Shown here piece by piece: positions 57,263-64,000 of a stretch of 64,000 nucleotides of DNA. This DNA is from Candidatus Latescibacterota bacterium (GTDB taxonomy: Bacteria; Latescibacterota; UBA2968; UBA8231). The stretch is taken from the NCBI GenBank assembly GCA_965223905.1, contig CBDCXV010000001.1:96001-160000 (forward strand), read 5' to 3'. The translations under genes and the position numbers were made by a program. The notes beneath the pieces were generated by a model. That model saw only the letters and a program-made list of their open reading frames with translations, ran no database searches and had not been told where the DNA came from. How positions within the stretch are numbered: the stretch's first letter is position 1; each line of letters opens with the position of its first letter.

Positions 57263-60200
57263 ATGATACGGATATTCGTTCTGTACGCGATGTCGGGGTT
57301 CGTGAGTCTGGGCTACCAGGTAGCCTGGTTTCGCATCTTCACCGACTGGTTCGGCTCGACGAACCAGACCTTTGCGCTGGTCGTCTGCAATTTCATCGGC
57401 GGTCTCGGTCTGGGCGCGCTGTTGAGTGCGCGCATCGCCGACAGCCTCGCCAGCGGGCTGCGCCTCAGGGATCCCCTTCGGGTCTATGGGGTAACGGAGC
57501 TTTGTGTGGGCGGTACGGCGCTGCTGACGGTGCTGGCTCCGCACCTTTCGGCACCGGATTGGTGGGGGCCGTTTCCCTACGTGCTGGACAATGGCATCCG
57601 GGTGCAAGCCATCAGTTACCGCCTGGCGCAGGTCGGGCTCGCGGCCGCCTGCGTGTTCATTCCCTGCCTGTTCATGGGCGTCACCTTCCCGCTGTTGTGC
57701 AAGACTTTCAGAGGAATCCCGGTAGGCGGGCGCGTACCGGCAGCGTTTTACGCGTGGAACACCCTCGGCGCCTGCAGCGGGGTGTTGGTGTGTCAGTTCC
57801 TGATGCTTCCGAGGCTGGGCCATGGGCCGACGCTCTGGATGATGGCGGTCCTGAACCTGCTGCTCGGCGCCTATTTCCTGGTCACCGGAGGTGCGCCCGC
57901 GGCTGCGTCCGAGCCGCCCGCACATGCGCCACCCAAGCCAAGGGTCGAGGAGGCGGTCGGAATTCACCGTGTGCTGCTGCTGTGCGCAGTCTTGAGCGGT
58001 CTGCTGTCGGGAGCGCTGGAGGGCGACCTGTTCAAACGCATCAGTTTCCTGATCGAGCTGAACCCGGGAGCGACGATGTCGTTCATCTCGTTCTGGGCGA
58101 TTCTGGCGATTTTCCTGGCCAGTGCGCTCGTGCACCGGCTGGGGGGGCTGCGGCTCGGGCACATCAAAATGGCGTTCTTGCTGGCGCTGGCCTATTACGG
58201 CCTCACCTGGATCTTCGTCGAAGACATCATGGAGCTCATCGCGACCTGGTTTGCGTTTCAACCGCCAGGAGTTTCGCTGGAAACAAGTGGTATGATCTTC
58301 CCTGCAAACCTCCTTCAACTGTTCCTGACCACGGGGACCTTCGTGTTCGCCCCGTACTCTCTGATCTCCCTGCTGTTGCCCTACGCCTGCAACCAGCTCC
58401 AGGCAGATGGCCGGCATCTCGGTCTTGCATACGGTTTGAACACGCTCGCGTTCTGTATCGGCCTGATCGGCTTCACCCTCGTCGCCCCGCGCGTGAACAT
58501 CTTCTATTCGCTGAAATTGTTCATGGTGGTGTTCGCCTTCGGGACGTTGCTGCTGGTCCTCGTGTCCGAGCGCCGGCACCTGCGGGCATGGCAGCCCGCG
58601 CTCGTGGCGGCCTTGTTCGCCGGCGCTTGCATGTTCACCCCGAGCGGATTCGACCGCAGCTATTTCCGTCCCGGCAGCCTGCCGGCGACCAGCGCCATAC
58701 GCGCCGTCAAAAGCAACGGAGCCCATACGACCTTCGTCGCCGAGACCAGCCGCGACGGGCAGTCATCCCGCCTCTATTTCGGCCGTCTTTCGATGTCCAG
58801 CACCAACGCAAAATCGCAGACCTACATGCGCCTCATGGCCCACTTTCCCCTGCTCGCACATCCGCAGCCCGAAAAGGCCTTGCTCATCTGTTTCGGTGTC
58901 GGCAACACGGCCTCGGCCATCGCCGCTCACCAGACGGTCCGGCAGATAGACGTCGTCGATCTGAACGAAAAAGTGTTCGAGACGGCGCCGGAGTTCGCTT
59001 CCACCAACCAGGGTGTGTCCGGCGATCCCCGGGTGCGCTTCATCCATGACGACGGCCGCAACTTTCTCAACCTGACCGACGAGCGCTACGACCTGATCAC
59101 GAGCGAACCGCCTCCACCGATGGCGGCCGGTGTCTACCGGTTGTACTCACGCGAGTACTACGATTCGGTACTGGCCCACCTGACCCCGCTCGGTATGATG
59201 GCCCAGTGGCTGCCGGTCTACCAGATGCCGCCCGAGGCCGTCGACCTTGCCGTTGGAACCTTTCTGGCGGTGTTCCCGCATGCCCTTCTGTTCTCGGGGT
59301 TCGAACAGGAATTCATCCTCGTCGGAAGCGGCTCCCCGATCGAACTGTCCCTGATCGAAGAGCGTTTGTCCGCGTCCGAGGGAGTGGCAGCCGATCTCGC
59401 GAGAATCGAGATAGACGACTGGTTGTCCCTAATCGCCCGTATCGTGCAAGGTGACGCAGAACTGCGCGAGCACTACGCAGGCGGACGCGTGATCGGGGAT
59501 CAGCACAACGATCTCGAGCATCTCTTCTTCCAGCCGTGGAATGAGACAACCGTCGCATACAGTCCGACCCGTGTTCTGGCTGGTCTGGTCGCGCAACTGC
59601 CACGGGCGCAGAAGGAGCTCGAATACGCGCTGCTGCACCTGGGCCGCCTGCGGCACCTCGTCTTCGGCTTTCCGCTGGAGCTGTTCGCCGCGATCGACGC
59701 GAGCGCGGAACCCGGCGTCGTCCTGGCTGACGCGGACTGGAATACGATCTCCAGACTGCAGAACAAGACCCGTCGCGCCCACGAGGCAGGCCGCCGTCGC
59801 GAGGCAATCACCCTGCTCGAGCGTTCTCTCTGGATTGTGCCGGACCAGGTCGACGTCCTGTATCGGCTCGCCTCCCTGAGAGTCGCCGAGGGACAGTACC
59901 TGGCCGCGGTCTCAGATCTGAGGCGGTTTCAGAAGCTGCAGGAAGGGGACTTCGACGGGCATTACCTGCTCGGCTACGCGCTCATGAGATCGGGACGCTC
60001 GATCGACACGCTGGACCAGTTTCGGGAAGCCGCGCGCCTCGAGCCCGACAGCCATCGCCCGCTCGATCACATGGCATGGATACTGGCGACCCATCCGGAT
60101 CCGCAGCGGCGCGATTCGCGAGAGGCCATCGCCCTCGCTGAGCGCGCAGCCGGCCTGACGCAACGGCGTGACATCGCCGTCCTGAGAACGCTGGCCGCGG

Positions 60201-60364
60201 CCTATGCCGCCGACGGACAGTTCGATCACGCGATCCAGATAGGGGAAGACACGATCGAATCATTCTCAGGCGATCCCGATGCCAACCTGGCCGGAATCAC
60301 CCGTCATTTGCGGCTATACGAGGAGGGACGGATCGTAGTCGATGAATCTCTGGCAACCCGTTGA
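57263..60364 (+). CDS. Fused MFS-like/spermidine synthase-like methyltransferase with C-terminal TPRs
   Basis: SGFVSLGYQVAWFR, YAWNTLGA, ICFGVGNT, DDGRNFL, YDLITSEPPPP, LYSREYY, QWLP; TPR-like AWILAT...TLAAAYA. Confidence 0.88.
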   Translation: MIRIFVLYAMSGFVSLGYQVAWFRIFTDWFGSTNQTFALVVCNFIGGLGLGALLSARIADSLASGLRLRDPLRVYGVTELCVGGTALLTVLAPHLSAPDWWGPFPYVLDNGIRVQAISYRLAQVGLAAACVFIPCLFMGVTFPLLCKTFRGIPVGGRVPAAFYAWNTLGACSGVLVCQFLMLPRLGHGPTLWMMAVLNLLLGAYFLVTGGAPAAASEPPAHAPPKPRVEEAVGIHRVLLLCAVLSGLLSGALEGDLFKRISFLIELNPGATMSFISFWAILAIFLASALVHRLGGLRLGHIKMAFLLALAYYGLTWIFVEDIMELIATWFAFQPPGVSLETSGMIFPANLLQLFLTTGTFVFAPYSLISLLLPYACNQLQADGRHLGLAYGLNTLAFCIGLIGFTLVAPRVNIFYSLKLFMVVFAFGTLLLVLVSERRHLRAWQPALVAALFAGACMFTPSGFDRSYFRPGSLPATSAIRAVKSNGAHTTFVAETSRDGQSSRLYFGRLSMSSTNAKSQTYMRLMAHFPLLAHPQPEKALLICFGVGNTASAIAAHQTVRQIDVVDLNEKVFETAPEFASTNQGVSGDPRVRFIHDDGRNFLNLTDERYDLITSEPPPPMAAGVYRLYSREYYDSVLAHLTPLGMMAQWLPVYQMPPEAVDLAVGTFLAVFPHALLFSGFEQEFILVGSGSPIELSLIEERLSASEGVAADLARIEIDDWLSLIARIVQGDAELREHYAGGRVIGDQHNDLEHLFFQPWNETTVAYSPTRVLAGLVAQLPRAQKELEYALLHLGRLRHLVFGFPLELFAAIDASAEPGVVLADADWNTISRLQNKTRRAHEAGRRREAITLLERSLWIVPDQVDVLYRLASLRVAEGQYLAAVSDLRRFQKLQEGDFDGHYLLGYALMRSGRSIDTLDQFREAARLEPDSHRPLDHMAWILATHPDPQRRDSREAIALAERAAGLTQRRDIAVLRTLAAAYAADGQFDHAIQIGEDTIESFSGDPDANLAGITRHLRLYEEGRIVVDESLATR

Positions 60365-60432
60365 CGGCATAGAGTCTCCCTGCTTATGTCCTTCCAAGCT
60401 ATCTCACCTGTTCGTGACTACATAGGTCGACC

Positions 60433-61416
60433 ATGGTGGACAAACCTCTCGTCCGAGTCGGTATACTGACGTGCGAACGCTACGCCCACATCAAAGATAT
60501 CTGGGGACCGATCATCCAGCCCTGCGGTGAGAGAAGATTTCTGAACGTAACCACGCCCATGACCGGCATGGTCATGACGCACGTGTGGGACCTGGACAGA
60601 AAGGCTTCCGAGGCTTTCGCGAACTGTTTCGGAGGGATCGAGGTCGCCGATCACTACGCGGATATGGTCGGCGAAGTCGACGGCGTTATCCTGTCGGACT
60701 TCGATTCCTGCATCCACTACCCGGAGCTGGCGAGGCCGTATCTCGAGGCCGGTGTGCCGATCTTCATCAATCGCCCGTTTGCCCTCAATCTCGAGGATGC
60801 ACAGGGCATGATCGAGGTGGCCCGCAGGCACGACACGCCGATCATGTCCGGATCGAGCTTCGAATACGTGCCCCAGGTCGAGGAAATCAGGGCAGAGATA
60901 GCGGATCTACAGCCGATCAGCGGGTACGCCGCGGCCGTTTCCACCTCGGACTACGCCACGCACGGGGTTCACGGGTTGTTCTTCGCGTACGCCTGTGTGG
61001 GAGGTGGGATCCGAAAGGTGGCCTACCAGACGCCCGACTGGAGAGAGCCGAACGGCATCGTCGTCATCGAGCACGGCAGAGAGGGCGAGACGCCGTTCTG
61101 CGGATCGGTCCTGCAGATCAAAGGCCCGTTGGGATGGATGCGGATTTTCGGGGGCCGCCCCCGGCGGAGTTTCGAGCAGTCGGTCGGGGGCGGCATCTAT
61201 TTCTGGCTGCCGATCCTGATCGAAATGCAGAGGATGTTCGAGACGCGCCGGATGCCGGAGCCGTATGAGGCCATCTACGAGAAGACCCAGCTTTTCCTCG
61301 CCGGGTTCAAGTCCCACCTCGAGTGCGGGGGCAGGCCGGTGGCGCTGTCGGAGATCGGAGACTGGAGGGCTCCCCCGCTGAATCCGGATCCCTATCCCGA
61401 GGGATACTTCGGTTAG
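60433..61416 (+). CDS. Gfo/Idh/MocA-like oxidoreductase
   Basis: VRVGIL, VDGVILSD, YLEAGVPIFINRPFA, PIMSGSS, THGVH. Confidence 0.75.
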   Translation: MVDKPLVRVGILTCERYAHIKDIWGPIIQPCGERRFLNVTTPMTGMVMTHVWDLDRKASEAFANCFGGIEVADHYADMVGEVDGVILSDFDSCIHYPELARPYLEAGVPIFINRPFALNLEDAQGMIEVARRHDTPIMSGSSFEYVPQVEEIRAEIADLQPISGYAAAVSTSDYATHGVHGLFFAYACVGGGIRKVAYQTPDWREPNGIVVIEHGREGETPFCGSVLQIKGPLGWMRIFGGRPRRSFEQSVGGGIYFWLPILIEMQRMFETRRMPEPYEAIYEKTQLFLAGFKSHLECGGRPVALSEIGDWRAPPLNPDPYPEGYFG

Positions 61417-61579
61417 GGCTGCGAGATTTCCCTTATCCCCGGGAAGCTTTCCGGCGAACGCTCCACACCACAACGCGGGCCTTGGTCCGGCAAAAAGAGC
61501 GGCGAGTCGGTAAGGATTCTCCGAGCTTGACCACAGTGGAGAGATGGAAGAAAATCGGCGGCAGACACAGGGAGGTCTC

Positions 61580-62593
61580 ATGAAGATTCCCATACTGCAC
61601 GGTCCACGCGACCTGCGCATCGAGGACCAGGAGCTGGACACGAGCGACCTGAAGCCCAGCGAGGTCTGGATAGAGACCGAGATCTCCGCCTTCAAGATCG
61701 GCACCGACCGCGGCAACTACGAAGGCGCCGAGGATGTGCCCGGGGCGCCGATCTATCCGCGTCCCGTGGGGGACAGCAGCCTCGGTTTTGTGCGAGGGGT
61801 GGGAAGCGCGGTGGCAGGCCTCGAGGTCGGCGAGCGTGTGTTCACGCGAAACTGGCACCAGTCGGAGTACATCCTCGATCGGGCGACGAAACCCATCGTC
61901 AAGGTTCCGGACAACGTCGATTCCGAGGATGCGGTGTACACCGGACTCTACACCCTTAGCGCCCATTGCTACCGCAAGGCGATGTTCACGCCGGGGGAGA
62001 ACGTGGCGGTCGTCGGTCTGGGAACCCTCGGCCTGGGGGCGGTGGGAGTGGGACGGGTCTTCGGAGCGCGGGTGGTCGGACTGGCCAACAGCCCGACCCG
62101 GCTCGAGATGGGGGAGCGCATGGGGACGCATGCCGGCTTTTTGTCGGACGATCCGGATCTCGAGGCCGGACTGGAGGAATTTACCGGGGGGGCCGGCATC
62201 GATCTGGTCATTCTCACGGCCAATCCGTGGCCGGCCTATCGCACCGCCCTGCAGGTGGTGCGTCCCGGCGGCCGGGTCTCGATCGTCAGTCTGCTCGAGC
62301 GCGGCGAGAAGCCGCTCGACTTCAATCCTCTGTCCATGCAGTTGTTCTATACCAAGGGGATCTCGCTGATCGCGGTGAACGGGCACGCCGGATACTCCTA
62401 CCCGGGGCCGGAAGCGCGCTTCACCGACGAACGCAACATGGCCCACACCCTCTCGCTGATGGCCGACGGAGGCCTGGAACCCAAGCGCCTGATCACCCAC
62501 CGGCTGCACTACACGGAGATGGTGCAGGCCTACGAGATGGCCTTTCGCCGGGAGAAATCGATGCTCGGCGTCCTGTTCCGGTGGAAGGATTGA
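61580..62593 (+). CDS. MDR (zinc-binding alcohol dehydrogenase-like) oxidoreductase
   Basis: GPRDLRIED, GDSSLG.V..VGSAV...VGERV, VVGLGTLG, LITHR; SD GGAGGT. Confidence 0.85.
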   Translation: MKIPILHGPRDLRIEDQELDTSDLKPSEVWIETEISAFKIGTDRGNYEGAEDVPGAPIYPRPVGDSSLGFVRGVGSAVAGLEVGERVFTRNWHQSEYILDRATKPIVKVPDNVDSEDAVYTGLYTLSAHCYRKAMFTPGENVAVVGLGTLGLGAVGVGRVFGARVVGLANSPTRLEMGERMGTHAGFLSDDPDLEAGLEEFTGGAGIDLVILTANPWPAYRTALQVVRPGGRVSIVSLLERGEKPLDFNPLSMQLFYTKGISLIAVNGHAGYSYPGPEARFTDERNMAHTLSLMADGGLEPKRLITHRLHYTEMVQAYEMAFRREKSMLGVLFRWKD

Positions 62594-62600
62594 GGCCGGC

Positions 62601-63533
62601 ATGGCTGACTCATGGGAGTCGACTTTGCGGCATCTGTCTGAACATGGATACGTCGTCCTCGAAGGGGTGCTGGCCGATGCCGAGCTCGGGGCGATCCGAG
62701 GCGAGGTCGATGATCTATTGGCGCGGGAACGGGCGGCTCCCTTCGAGCCCGAAGAGAGGGACGCCAGTTCCGACGACGCGTCGATGGAAACATACCTGTC
62801 CGAGAACTACCCCGTCAGCCCTGCCGAGCTGGCGCGCATCATGCGGCGCATCCGTCACACGCGCAAGGCGAATCTCGACACACCCTGGCCCGTCGATGCC
62901 GCAGAGGTCAACAAGCTGTTCCTGCACTTGCCGACTTTGTTCGATCTCGACCGCTCGCAGCGAATCTGGAATCTTGCCGGCAAGGCCGACGGGGTCGCGG
63001 ACCTTATCGAACATCCCACCGTGCTCGCCCTGGCTCGCGCTACTTTGGGGCAGGACTGCGTCCTTTCCGATTGCAGCGCAACCAGCATCGGAGCCCACAC
63101 GGAGGGGGGTTCCTGGCACGTCGATGTCCCGCTGGGACAGCTGGGCGAACCGCTGCCCGATTTCCCACTGACGACCCAGAACGTGTGGATGCTGGACGAC
63201 TTCACCGAGGAGAACGGCGCTACGCGCGTGGTGCCGGGCAGCCATCGCACCCGCCGCAAACCGAAGTGGTCGGAAGATTCGGTGGAGGAGGATGAGATCG
63301 CGCTGACGGCGCCGGCGGGCTCTGTCGCCATGTGGCTGTCGAGTACCTGGCATCGCTCCGGTCCCAACCGCACGGAGAAGCCGCGAAGAGCCGTTCTCTG
63401 TTACTACGGCCGTTCGTGGATCAAGCCGTTCAGTGATTTCCGCACCGCTATCCCGGCGGAAAGAGCCAGACGGTTCTCGCCGACGTTGCGCTACTTGATC
63501 GGCCATTCGGCCAATCCCCCTGCTCGCCGCTGA
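62601..63533 (+). CDS. Phytanoyl-CoA dioxygenase (PhyH) family protein
   Basis: GYVVLEGVL, WHVD, WMLDDFTEENGATRVVPGSH, WHRSGPN...RR. Confidence 0.9.
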   Translation: MADSWESTLRHLSEHGYVVLEGVLADAELGAIRGEVDDLLARERAAPFEPEERDASSDDASMETYLSENYPVSPAELARIMRRIRHTRKANLDTPWPVDAAEVNKLFLHLPTLFDLDRSQRIWNLAGKADGVADLIEHPTVLALARATLGQDCVLSDCSATSIGAHTEGGSWHVDVPLGQLGEPLPDFPLTTQNVWMLDDFTEENGATRVVPGSHRTRRKPKWSEDSVEEDEIALTAPAGSVAMWLSSTWHRSGPNRTEKPRRAVLCYYGRSWIKPFSDFRTAIPAERARRFSPTLRYLIGHSANPPARR

Positions 63534-63562
63534 CGGAGAAGGCTGGAGATGGAGTGACGGAT

Positions 63563-64000
63563 ATGAGCCAGATTTACATCGACTATCGCGACAGCGATCG
63601 ACAGATCTGGGAAGAAGAGCTGGGGGAGTTCGTTCCTTCCCGCATGCTCGATGCCCACATCCATTGCTACCGGCTCTGCGACTATCCCGAGGGTCCACCG
63701 GACTGGAAGGGTCCCCCGAACTTGAGGGGTGGGGACCACGACCTGGAGGCGCTGAACCGGTGCGCCGAAGTGCTGTACCCCGGCAGGCGGATGCAGTATC
63801 TCATTCTCGGCACCCCCTCCCCGGGAATCGACGTCGCCAGGCATACTGAATCGGTGCGCCGGGACATCGAAGAGGTAGCGGGTGTCCGGCACCACCGGCT
63901 GGTGACACCGGCGTGCGACCTCGAGGAGATCGAGCGCGATCTGGAGAACCCCCGGTTCATCGGCCTCAAACCGTATCGCACCTATTCAGTCACCGGGGAC
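63563..64000 (+). CDS. Amidohydrolase family protein, partial (runs off the window)
   Basis: Frame absent from the ORF track and open to the end: MSQIYIDYRDSDRQIWEEEL..FVPSRMLDAHIH...FIGLKPY. Confidence 0.8.
   Translation, partial: MSQIYIDYRDSDRQIWEEELGEFVPSRMLDAHIHCYRLCDYPEGPPDWKGPPNLRGGDHDLEALNRCAEVLYPGRRMQYLILGTPSPGIDVARHTESVRRDIEEVAGVRHHRLVTPACDLEEIERDLENPRFIGLKPYRTYSVTGD

Noticed and set aside
1-64000. CRISPR arrays, rRNA, prophage, retron/DGR or defence systems
   Set aside because: No regularly spaced repeats and no cas, reverse transcriptase, phage or rRNA signatures seen by eye.

Overview
GC-rich bacterial chromosomal window. Lineage is inferred as FCB superphylum, resembling Ca. 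Latescibacterota, from the short Bacteroidota-type sigma-70, the FlgD/T9SS-like C-terminal domains and the DUF6785-like membrane proteins. Housekeeping content: pntA1/A2/B, hpf, gltA, a short sigma-70, tRNA-Leu(CAA) and an nfeD-nfeD-floA operon. There is one intact ISKra4-like IS with TIRs and an 8-bp target duplication, plus many catabolic enzymes. Notable items: (1) a 41.9-56.2 kb locus that looks like a TonB/SusCD-independent surface capture and uptake system, with three paralogous discoidin-like/FlgD-tail secreted proteins carrying a variable-copy short insert module, a CBM9-like protein with a short WGxxK tail, a 901-aa Ca-motif probable outer-membrane protein, a lipoprotein and a DUF6785-like membrane protein; (2) a selenoprotein missed by the ORF track (UxxC redoxin lipoprotein with a SECIS-like hairpin); (3) a PorU/gingipain-like C25 protein and four kinds of C-terminal tails; (4) a candidate structured RNA upstream of the transhydrogenase operon; (5) gene relics. 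Several single-base frameshifts in G/C runs in the first 31 kb are probably sequencing errors. All product calls come from motif recognition by eye; no database searches were run.
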